Part shown: piece by piece, positions 1 to 7,632 of the stretch
Numbering within the stretch: position 1 is the first letter of the stretch
Layout: each line of letters starts with the position of its first letter
Translations under genes and position numbers: made by a program
Virus record (IMG/VR): IMGVR_UViG_3300025658_000255
Span: 1-38,907 of that record
From: a virus
Lineage: Duplodnaviria; Caudoviricetes
Strand: one strand, 5' to 3'
Length of the DNA: 38,907 nt
Notes under the pieces: model-generated
Told to the model about the DNA's origin: nothing
Databases searched by the model: none
Seen by the model: only the letters and a program-made list of their open reading frames with translations

Positions 1-2
1 TT

Positions 3-233
3 ACAACAACTACAGATGATCTAGCAGTATATAGATACCTAGTTGGCTCACAGAATATGGCCATGCTTAAAGAGTTTTTAAAGCATGCCAAGGACGGAAG
101 AAGCGTAAGCGCACCCATTATGAAGGCTTATTTGCCTATTATACAGATGGTAGATGACATTGTACAAGGCGGTCCGGGCTTTGTACAGAACCTAAAAGTG
201 CTGCGTTCGAGAGCGCAAAAGCGCAATAAGTAG
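3..233 (+). CDS. 3' end of a hypothetical phage protein (truncated by window start)
   Basis: Frame 3 is open from the window edge to TAG at 231-233 (...IVQGGPGFVQNLKVLRSRAQKRNK*). Confidence 0.7.
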   Translation, partial: TTTTDDLAVYRYLVGSQNMAMLKEFLKHAKDGRSVSAPIMKAYLPIIQMVDDIVQGGPGFVQNLKVLRSRAQKRNK

Positions 234-253
234 TTAATTTTTCTAATAAAGTG

Positions 254-289
254 ATAAATACATTATAAGAAGTTCACAGAGTAGTGAAC
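254..289 (+). promoter_or_regulatory. T4-like late promoter (ATAAATA 254-260) followed by a 5' leader hairpin (GTTCAC-agagta-GTGAAC, 272-289)
   Basis: Matches the recurrent TAAATA motif; AGGAG RBS precedes ATG 317. Confidence 0.6.
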
Positions 290-316
290 GGCAATTAGAG
301 AAATTAGGAGAATAAT

Positions 317-703
317 ATGCCAGATTTAACAAGCGAAGCAATCGCAAGTAACTACCGTAAGCACGTAATCAGCCAGTCAGGCGTTGGACGTGAATTAATC
401 GTAAAAGTCGTAAGTAACAACGACATCACAGATGCAGAACTACAAGCAATGATCGACTATGCTACACTATCACACGGTGTAGATGGCGCAGGCGATTCAG
501 CTTTCACAGTTGGTGCTCTTGGCACAGCAGACGGAAGCGCATTTGTTTCAGAAACAACTGATACAGTATTCCTACGTTTACAAGGTACAGGTGATCTAAC
601 TGTTGCAGATATGAAAGCAGCAGGCGATGCAAAATCAACAGCAGACGCAACAGGTAATACTTACACAGTATCAATCGAAGCAATCTTTGCACCAGCAAAG
701 TAA
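317..703 (+). CDS. Hypothetical protein, probably an abundant late virion (decoration-like) protein
   Basis: 128 aa, Ala/Thr/Gly/Asp-rich; late promoter, strong RBS and its own terminator. Confidence 0.6.
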   Translation: MPDLTSEAIASNYRKHVISQSGVGRELIVKVVSNNDITDAELQAMIDYATLSHGVDGAGDSAFTVGALGTADGSAFVSETTDTVFLRLQGTGDLTVADMKAAGDAKSTADATGNTYTVSIEAIFAPAK

Positions 704-720
704 TTACTAGATAATAATTA

Positions 721-752
721 AAAGGGTTCACGTTTTGTTGGACCCTTTTTTT
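721..752 (+). terminator. Rho-independent terminator
   Basis: AAAGGGTTCA...TGGACCCTTT stem followed by a T-run. Confidence 0.8.
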
Positions 753-769
753 ATGGCTATAAGTACAGT

Positions 770-1165
770 ATGAAATATGAATTACTGACTCTAGCTGACA
801 TCACTGAAACTAAAGCAAAGTTCGATAAGAATGATTCAGCTTGGCATCAGCAACAGAACTTCTTAACAGTACTACAAACAATTGGATTAAGAGTTAATAT
901 AACTTATAAAGACTCAACAGAAGTAATTGATATAACTGCAAAACAAGCAGGCTTCGGCACAGTGTACAAAGGCAAGAACAAAGCATGGAAGTTTGTATTT
1001 GAAACAGACTTTGATGATGCAACTGATATCACAACGATGACACATGACTTTGATATGGTTCCTATTATATCTAACTTAGACGAAACTGCTGAATTTAAAA
1101 ACAATATGTTTGAGTCATTAAACGAGCAACGAAGAAATATAGTAATTAAACCAATAGACAATTAG
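770..1165 (+). CDS. Hypothetical phage protein (probably leaderless late gene)
   Basis: 131-aa ORF; TATAAGTA (758-765) lies 4 nt before the ATG, with no SD. Confidence 0.7.
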   Translation: MKYELLTLADITETKAKFDKNDSAWHQQQNFLTVLQTIGLRVNITYKDSTEVIDITAKQAGFGTVYKGKNKAWKFVFETDFDDATDITTMTHDFDMVPIISNLDETAEFKNNMFESLNEQRRNIVIKPIDN

Positions 1166-1205
1166 GATAAATAATTATAACATTTTATTGTCGAGGGAAT
1201 TTAAG

Positions 1206-1445
1206 ATGTCAGATCCATATTCAACACAACTAGAGAAGGAATCTCTAGAGGCTCACGTAGACCTATGCGCTCTACGTTATCAGAGTTTAGACAAACGTCT
1301 TAACGATGTAGAGGCAAAAATTAACGAAGTCCACAATGAAATTAAGTCAGGCAATCAAAGCCTAGTTAAAGTTCTTGTTGGTGCCGCTGGCACTATCATT
1401 GCAGGGTTATTAAGTACAATCGTTGTCATATTAATGAACGCCTAA
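1206..1445 (+). CDS. Small coiled-coil protein with a C-terminal transmembrane helix (holin/XhlA-like architecture)
   Basis: GAGG before ATG 1206; heptads LDKRLNDVEAKINEV; hydrophobic C-terminus VLVGAAGTIIAGLLSTIVVILM; ATAAATA at 1167-1173. Confidence 0.6.
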   Translation: MSDPYSTQLEKESLEAHVDLCALRYQSLDKRLNDVEAKINEVHNEIKSGNQSLVKVLVGAAGTIIAGLLSTIVVILMNA

Positions 1446-1462
1446 TAACGCTAAATAACTAT

Positions 1463-1759
1463 ATGTTATTAAGAGACTTATTTACTACAGAACTAGATGA
1501 AAATCAAGTCTGGGCTCGCGCAGGCAAAAAGGTTGTACGCAAGTACAGATGTACTGGTGGCCAGCGTCAAGGACGTGTGGTGTCTAACTTCTCACAATGC
1601 TTTGCTCCAGTAAACATTAAGAAACGACAGTCTCTAAAGAAAACAAAAGCTCGCATGGGTAAGCGCATGGCTCGTAAAGCCAACAAGACAAAGCGTATTA
1701 ATCCTGCAAGTAAGCGAGTACAAGCAATGAATAAAAGCAAAAGTAAGAGCAAGAGATGA
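1463..1759 (+). CDS. Small very basic protein, paralog 1 (RKYRCTxGxRxGRVV motif)
   Basis: Lys/Arg-rich; CTAAATA 5 nt upstream; similar to the next ORF. Confidence 0.75.
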   Translation: MLLRDLFTTELDENQVWARAGKKVVRKYRCTGGQRQGRVVSNFSQCFAPVNIKKRQSLKKTKARMGKRMARKANKTKRINPASKRVQAMNKSKSKSKR

Positions 1760-2070
1760 AACTTAGAGAACTTATCGAAAACGTAGTTCCCACCTTTGCT
1801 AAGAGCGGAAACAAAACAGTACGCAAGTATCGTTGTACAAGCGGCAGTCGAAAAGGACGTGTGGTTGCAAAGGCAGCGACATGTTCAGCACCTACTAATG
1901 TTAAGTCAAGTGTTGCATTAAAAAGCACTAAGGCCAAGAAGGGCGCAAAGATGCAGCAGAAGACACGTAGAACAAAGAGTGCAAATGCTGCAAGTGTAAG
2001 AGCAACTAAGTTAAATAGAAAAACTAAGAGAAAGCCTAAGAAGCGTTCATCAAGGAGTAAGAGAATATGA
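1756..2070 (+). CDS. Small very basic protein, paralog 2
   Basis: ATGA overlap with the previous ORF; shares VRKYRCT.G.R.GRVV...C.AP.N.K. Confidence 0.75.
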   Translation: MKLRELIENVVPTFAKSGNKTVRKYRCTSGSRKGRVVAKAATCSAPTNVKSSVALKSTKAKKGAKMQQKTRRTKSANAASVRATKLNRKTKRKPKKRSSRSKRI

Positions 2071-2327
2071 AGATAATGGAAATTATCGATGTGCCTAACA
2101 AAGCAGTAACTACAGGTAAAGTAAAACGTGCAACTGGTACAGAGGTTGAAATTGAAGATCCAGCAAATCCAGGTGTAACTACTAAGGTTGATCTAAAGAA
2201 AGCTAAAGTTGGAACTCCTGACAGCAAAGGTGTTACATCGATTGACACAACTAACAACAAGCCAGGCGGCAGTAATCAACTAAAACCAAATGCCAAAGTT
2301 ACATTAGCGACACCTAAACAGAGATAA
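2067..2327 (+). CDS. Hypothetical protein
   Basis: 86 aa; ATGA overlap; AGGAG upstream; N-terminus MKIMEII. Confidence 0.7.
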   Translation: MKIMEIIDVPNKAVTTGKVKRATGTEVEIEDPANPGVTTKVDLKKAKVGTPDSKGVTSIDTTNNKPGGSNQLKPNAKVTLATPKQR

Positions 2328-2329
2328 TT

Positions 2330-2758
2330 ATGTTTATGAATGCACAACAACTAATACATGATCTTGAAGCAATGGTAGATAATATCATTCCGCTTCCTAT
2401 TGTCAAAGGCAATAGCATCCGTATTAAACATATGATTGTGCGTAAAACAAAGAACGGATATAGTGTTTTTAATTGTAAAAGCAAAGAGCATATTGCTGAT
2501 ACAACATTTAAAAAGAGTGCAATAGCAATAGCAAAAACATCAAGTGCCGGTGCTAACTATGTAGATAAGATTGTAAACTTAGACCGACAAGCACTCAAAC
2601 ATCATAATGATATAACAGTATATCAACACACAGTAAATAATTCTAAGCAGGAAACAATGAAGATGAGCCGACAAGCCAGGCTTACTGATAGTATTGTAGC
2701 CAATAATATTGTTGCCGAACAACTTGAAAATTTTATTTACGATGATAAATACATTTAA
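2330..2758 (+). CDS. Hypothetical phage protein
   Basis: 142-aa ORF in an operon-like array. Confidence 0.65.
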   Translation: MFMNAQQLIHDLEAMVDNIIPLPIVKGNSIRIKHMIVRKTKNGYSVFNCKSKEHIADTTFKKSAIAIAKTSSAGANYVDKIVNLDRQALKHHNDITVYQHTVNNSKQETMKMSRQARLTDSIVANNIVAEQLENFIYDDKYI

Positions 2759-2777
2759 CTAATTTATAGGAAAGCAA

Positions 2778-3524
2778 ATGCAGATAAGCGAATTTACTAG
2801 ACCAGTAACATCATCAACATTAAACGAGAGCCTTGCAAAAATGTATGGTGAAAAATTAAATTTAGCTAAATTTACAAACGAGCAACTAGAAGATTTTCGC
2901 AATCGTCTACGTACAAAATTAAGCCAAGTTGAAACAACTGAAAGTTTTGATGCAGTATTAACAGACAAGCATCAGAAAGATAGATTGTTCTTAGACATTG
3001 TTAATTCAGCAATTGAAGAAAGACATGCAGAGAACGGCGGATCAACTATTTCTGAAGGCGCAGAAGACTCAGCTGAGATTGTTATGGCTGGTAAAGACAT
3101 GGTTGATAAAGTTACAGGCTGGATGGAAGACACAGCTGAAATGCAAACTGAATCAATGCTAGAGCTTGCAGATGCTATCCGTGATGAAATGGGTAGTGAG
3201 CAGAGCGAATCATTTACTAACACAGTTAAGCCTGCATTGGAAGCAATGTATGCAGCAATGGAAAGCACACGTATAGCACTAACAAGCGGCGTAGGCATCC
3301 TAACTGGTGAAGGTGGCGGCATGGACGCAGATATGATGGGCGGCGATGACATGGATATGGACATGGACATGGAACCAACAACTGACATGGACGGTATGGA
3401 CATGGACACTGACTTAGGTGGAATTGAAGGCGATGACTTTGATGCTGATGCATCAGCAGCTGGCGGTGACTTAGATATGGGTCGTGAAAAGCGTGAGTCA
3501 GTAGAGCGCTCAAAAAAAAAGTAA
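2778..3524 (+). CDS. Acidic, probable prohead core/scaffold-like protein with an (MD)n low-complexity tract; ends on a slippery site
   Basis: Late motif ATAAATA 2745-2751; AGGA RBS; ends TCA AAA AAA AAG TAA. Confidence 0.65.
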   Translation: MQISEFTRPVTSSTLNESLAKMYGEKLNLAKFTNEQLEDFRNRLRTKLSQVETTESFDAVLTDKHQKDRLFLDIVNSAIEERHAENGGSTISEGAEDSAEIVMAGKDMVDKVTGWMEDTAEMQTESMLELADAIRDEMGSEQSESFTNTVKPALEAMYAAMESTRIALTSGVGILTGEGGGMDADMMGGDDMDMDMDMEPTTDMDGMDMDTDLGGIEGDDFDADASAAGGDLDMGREKRESVERSKKK

Positions 3525-3826
3525 ACGAAGCTATTGATACTAACGAGCTGTTCCAAATACTGGATCACTTAAAAAGTCGTAAGAAATATAACTTATCAAT
3601 GGATAAACTAGACTCGCTGATGCGCAAAATGGGGCACGGCGAGTTTACTTTTGATGTGTTCAAGGCTGCATACGATGCAGACCCTAAGCTAAAAGAATTA
3701 GTTAAAAACTTTGACAAAGACAAGATACAGCTAAAGTCAAGCGAAGTAGATGATCTATCACCAACAGACGGTGGCGACGATAACACAGTAGCTAATATGG
3801 CTAAGAGGGCGAACGATCTAATATAA
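3521..3826 (+). CDS. -1 frame extension of the 2778 ORF (contains the 3599-3826 ORF)
   Basis: The -1 frame is open from the A9 run (VNEAIDTNELFQILDHLKSRKKYNLSMDKL...) to TAA 3826; ATG 3599 has no clear SD. Confidence 0.6.
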   Translation, partial: VNEAIDTNELFQILDHLKSRKKYNLSMDKLDSLMRKMGHGEFTFDVFKAAYDADPKLKELVKNFDKDKIQLKSSEVDDLSPTDGGDDNTVANMAKRANDLI

Positions 3827-4754
3827 TATTTAATATCTTATCTGTATAGGTTTTGAATGTGTAATCTAACACAGCGTTACGATTTGAGTAAATTCTTTGG
3901 AATAGAACATACGGATCTAGTAGATCGTGTTGATAGTTTTTAATCAACGGTAGGTTACCAAATATACTTTTATGTAGGAATGGTTGTAGGCATATTACAC
4001 TTGCACCAGCAGACAGCATTTCTAAATGATACATTCCTAATGTCTCTTTGTGGCTTACAAAAGCAATATTAGTTTTGCTGTAGATTGCTGCTAGTTCTGT
4101 AATAGGTATTGATCCGTAATCCATATGTCCAATGTCGTCGATATCACAAACCTTATCATGATACGTAACTTCTAAATCAGTCCAGTGTTCGGTCTGCGGA
4201 ATATAACTTTCAATACGTTTTAATGTTTGTTTTATTTCAGTAAAGCAATGTTTACGTTTGTGCAGGTTGTGATCTACATGTATTCTTAGTATGCGATCCA
4301 TCTGCTGCTGCGGCACAAATAAATCGTTCGCAACAACCTGTCCTACATCATAATAGTTTTGTGTAGAGCCAGTGTCAGTATAATGTCCTATTGTTTTAAT
4401 ACGACTATTGTTGCTTATCTTAATATTCTTATCTTCTAGCTTCCATAAGCAACCGGGTATAATGTCTAGTAAACAACGTAGGCTATGCTCTACTGCTCTA
4501 AACTTCAACTTAGCAAATAGTATATGTGACACAGTTCCTAGATGTATATTGTTTACTCTACAAGCGTCTTTGAATATAAACTCAATGTCGTCGCTCTTAA
4601 AATCATCATGATAGAATATTTCAGGACAAGCAAGATGTTTACAACCTTGTGTATTTTTATAGATAAGGTGTGCTTTCATTTCGTCATAATTTGTAACTAG
4701 ATTGATATCATCTAGTACTGCTTGACTACAGGGGTATACTATAAGTATGCTCAT
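3801..4754 (-). CDS. GT-B fold glycosyltransferase-like protein
   Basis: C-terminal ELAAIYSKTNIAFVSHKETLGMYHLEMLSAGASVI carries the E-x7-E motif of GT4-like enzymes. The true start is probably MSILIVYP at 4754, 5 nt after a minus-strand ATAAATA (4760-4766). Confidence 0.65.
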   Translation of the reverse strand: MSILIVYPCSQAVLDDINLVTNYDEMKAHLIYKNTQGCKHLACPEIFYHDDFKSDDIEFIFKDACRVNNIHLGTVSHILFAKLKFRAVEHSLRCLLDIIPGCLWKLEDKNIKISNNSRIKTIGHYTDTGSTQNYYDVGQVVANDLFVPQQQMDRILRIHVDHNLHKRKHCFTEIKQTLKRIESYIPQTEHWTDLEVTYHDKVCDIDDIGHMDYGSIPITELAAIYSKTNIAFVSHKETLGMYHLEMLSAGASVICLQPFLHKSIFGNLPLIKNYQHDLLDPYVLFQRIYSNRNAVLDYTFKTYTDKILNIILDRSPS

Positions 4755-4759
4755 AAAGA

Positions 4760-4794
4760 TATTTATTGACAACAGCGAAAAACTAATGTATACT
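4760..4794. promoter_or_regulatory. Back-to-back divergent promoters: late ATAAATA on the - strand and sigma70 TTGACA-17-TATACT on the + strand
   Basis: TTGACA 4766-4771; TATACT 4789-4794; TATTTAT 4760-4766. Confidence 0.7.
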
Positions 4795-4800
4795 ACAAGC

Positions 4801-5484
4801 ATGACATTAATTAAACCCAAGTACGAATATGCAAAGCTCAAGAGAGTTGAAGTAGATGGTAAACGTAGATATGCTGCTCCGGGCGGCCCACCTGTAGCAA
4901 GTGTTACAACTATCCTAAGTGGTACAAAGGATATGACACACTTGCACGAATGGCGTAGGCGAGTAGGACATGCAAAAGCACAAGAGATAACAACTGAAGC
5001 AGCAGGTGTAGGCACCCGTATGCACAAGTATCTCGAAGACTATGTTGACAACGGAGTATGGACAGAGTCAGCAGGTAGTAACCCCTACGCACAGCAAGCC
5101 TACAAGATGGCTTGTATTATTCGAGACGAAGCAATGGGTGATGTAGATGAAATATGGGGCAGCGAAGTTCCTCTTTATGTTCCGGGTATCTATGCAGGCA
5201 CAACTGACTTAGTAGGCGTGTACAAAGGCAATCCTTGTATTATGGACTTTAAGCAAACTAATAAGCCTAAGAAGCCTGAGTGGGTAGAAGACTACTATCT
5301 ACAACTTACAGCATATGCACTAGGACACAACGAAGTGCATGGTACAGATATACGTGAAGGACACATCTTTATGTGCAGTCGCGGCTTGGAGTATCAGCAG
5401 TTTGATCTATGGCCAGACGAGTTCGCAGAGTGGGAACAAGAATGGTGGAATAGGTGCCGTCAGTATTATGAGAAACACGGATAA
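4801..5484 (+). CDS. PD-(D/E)XK exonuclease (Cas4/RecB/MGME1-like phage exonuclease)
   Basis: Motifs SVTTIL, GTRMHKYLE, YAGTTDLV, IMDFKQ, YYLQLTAY. Confidence 0.85.
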   Translation: MTLIKPKYEYAKLKRVEVDGKRRYAAPGGPPVASVTTILSGTKDMTHLHEWRRRVGHAKAQEITTEAAGVGTRMHKYLEDYVDNGVWTESAGSNPYAQQAYKMACIIRDEAMGDVDEIWGSEVPLYVPGIYAGTTDLVGVYKGNPCIMDFKQTNKPKKPEWVEDYYLQLTAYALGHNEVHGTDIREGHIFMCSRGLEYQQFDLWPDEFAEWEQEWWNRCRQYYEKHG

Positions 5485-5513
5485 ATACTACTACAAGAAC
5501 TTAGGAGTAGTAG

Positions 5514-7178
5514 ATGGCTGTCGTTTCCCTTTCAAGGATACAAGTAAGAAGAGGTAAAAAGAATGAAGGTTCTGGCTTACCTCAATTAGCAAGTGGCGAA
5601 CTTGCTTGGGCATTAGATACACAGGAAGTATACATTGGTAATGGTAGTGTTGCAGAAGGAGCGCCTTTTGTAGGAAACACTAAACTATTAACTGAAAAAG
5701 ATAACATCCTAGCATTTGCTACATCGTATGAATACAAAGCTAACACAGCTTATCTTCTCACAGGAGCAGATCTAACAAGTGGAGTAAAGCGTAGTCTACA
5801 GGACAGATTAGATGACTTCGTTACAGTAAAGTCTTTCGGATGTCTAGGAGACGGCACTGATCAGGGCGATAAATTACAACGTGCTATTGATCAAATCTTT
5901 CTTAATTCTGCATCATTACTAGATCTTACAGCACGAACAACGATTAAAATACCTGCAGGAGATTATGTTGTATCTAATACAATTACGCTTCCTCCTTATG
6001 TAGCTATCATTGGCGATGGAGTTGAAAATACAGTAATTAGAAAATCAACAGCAGGGCCTGTGTTTAAAACAGTAAGTAGACAAAGTGCTATAGGAGCACC
6101 TGTAACTTTTGATGAAAACACAACTGAAGCAAATCAAAGTAATAATGTATCGCTATCAAATCTAGCAATTCAATGTGCAAGTGATACTGCTATTGATTTA
6201 TATGCATCTCGCGATTGTGAGTTTAGTAATCTAAAAATAACCGGCACATGGGCACACGGTGATGCATATGATAATAATAACTGCGGTATTAGAATGCATA
6301 GCAACGCTAATGTTACTTCACACAATAATAAATTTACAAACATTAGATTTGAAAATGTATCGTTCGGTGTGTACTCAGACTTTAACGTAAATAGTAATTC
6401 AATTGACGGATGCTCTTTTTATGAAAACTATATTGGTGTAGCATTTGGCTGGGGATTTAATATTGACATTGGCCCTCTTGCTATCTTTGGTAGCCCAGGA
6501 CAAACTGTTGGCCCATCTTATAATACTATTATACACAACGAGTTTGATATGATTGCACACGAAGGTGTGTTTTACGAAAGAGGCAACGACAACAGATCGT
6601 CACACAACAATTTCCTAGCAGTAGGCTATCCGTTAGACGGAGCTGGACCTAATGTAAATAAACTTGCACCTATGACTGCAATGATTAAGATTGGTGACTC
6701 TACTAAGGGAAATAGAAGCATAGACGATTTCTTCTCAAGAACAAGAGAATATGCACTAGAAGGCACATATTTCAATACACCGTATATTCCTGAGATAGAA
6801 GGACGTCATGAGACACAGTTCGGACACGATCGTGTTAGCCTTTCTCCAAGCGGGACACCTACAGTTATCCTACAGATTCCATCTGATAGACCAAAGCGTG
6901 TACAAATTGATTATATGTACACAAACCCATTTGAGAGTATTGTGCAAGTAGGTACATTGTTAGTGCTTATTGATCCAAATAGTGTAGGGCAACCTACGAA
7001 TGTTACTAACGAGTATGATTACAACGGACCAGCAGCATTTAATAAATCTCTTCAATTTACGTCAGAATTGTTTAATATTGACAATACGAACTTGACATTC
7101 GAGACACTTGGTGTTAAAGTAGTTAACAGTATACCAAGCACTGGAGAGCTTCAGTTCTCCGTTAAAACAATAGGTTAA
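5514..7178 (+). CDS. Tail/fibre-type structural protein: N-terminal RIQVRRG...LPQLASGELAW domain plus pectate-lyase-like beta-helix
   Basis: The N-terminus resembles phage fibre anchor (Mtd_N-like) domains; VTVKSFGCLGDGTD...LQRAID...IKIPAGDY is a Pectate_lyase_3-type start; ATAAATA 5481-5487; AGGAG RBS. Confidence 0.75.
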   Translation: MAVVSLSRIQVRRGKKNEGSGLPQLASGELAWALDTQEVYIGNGSVAEGAPFVGNTKLLTEKDNILAFATSYEYKANTAYLLTGADLTSGVKRSLQDRLDDFVTVKSFGCLGDGTDQGDKLQRAIDQIFLNSASLLDLTARTTIKIPAGDYVVSNTITLPPYVAIIGDGVENTVIRKSTAGPVFKTVSRQSAIGAPVTFDENTTEANQSNNVSLSNLAIQCASDTAIDLYASRDCEFSNLKITGTWAHGDAYDNNNCGIRMHSNANVTSHNNKFTNIRFENVSFGVYSDFNVNSNSIDGCSFYENYIGVAFGWGFNIDIGPLAIFGSPGQTVGPSYNTIIHNEFDMIAHEGVFYERGNDNRSSHNNFLAVGYPLDGAGPNVNKLAPMTAMIKIGDSTKGNRSIDDFFSRTREYALEGTYFNTPYIPEIEGRHETQFGHDRVSLSPSGTPTVILQIPSDRPKRVQIDYMYTNPFESIVQVGTLLVLIDPNSVGQPTNVTNEYDYNGPAAFNKSLQFTSELFNIDNTNLTFETLGVKVVNSIPSTGELQFSVKTIG

Positions 7179-7179
7179 G

Positions 7180-7605
7180 ATGTTCGATAAAAAATATGAA
7201 GACAGGCTACTTCTCTGGCGTGAATTCCGTGAATCATTAGAAACTAGTGACGATCCTCTACAAGATGTAGTGTCTTTTTATTCCTCTGCACCTCTTGTTT
7301 CTATACAGACAGACCCTTACACACAAGAAAATTGGCCTACTCCTTGGGAAATTATTAAGGAAAATAATTATTGTGCCTTTGTGAAAATTCTTGCAATTTC
7401 TTACACTCTACAGTTATGTGAGCGTTTTATAGGGACTAAATTCGAGATAAACATTGTACGAGATAATAATAGATCGTCAACAGAATATCTCCTGTTTGTG
7501 GATGATATGTGCATAGGATATGATTTACAACATGTAGTACCACGAACAAAATTACCAAGCAATATGACGCTCGAGACTAGCTATACAATGCCGTCTTTAG
7601 ATTAA
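7180..7605 (+). CDS. Hypothetical phage protein
   Basis: 141-aa ORF; WPTPWE motif. Confidence 0.7.
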   Translation: MFDKKYEDRLLLWREFRESLETSDDPLQDVVSFYSSAPLVSIQTDPYTQENWPTPWEIIKENNYCAFVKILAISYTLQLCERFIGTKFEINIVRDNNRSSTEYLLFVDDMCIGYDLQHVVPRTKLPSNMTLETSYTMPSLD

Positions 7606-7632
7606 ATACCTAACCAAAGAGGAAAAGACAAA

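Noticed and set aside
3320-3410. GACATG-type short tandem repeats
   Set aside because: They encode the (MD)n low-complexity tract; there is no repeat-spacer structure, so this is not a CRISPR array.
2972-3568. 198-aa minus-strand ORF and similar shadow ORFs (e.g. 16802-17299, 31664-32086)
   Set aside because: These are antisense shadows of well-supported plus-strand genes, with no RBS or protein motifs.
4755-5027. N-terminal extension of the 408-aa minus-strand ORF
   Set aside because: It is antisense to the exonuclease; promoter position supports a start at 4754.
4801-5484. Cas4-like nuclease as a sign of CRISPR-Cas
   Set aside because: No array or other cas genes are seen; it is a common stand-alone phage exonuclease.
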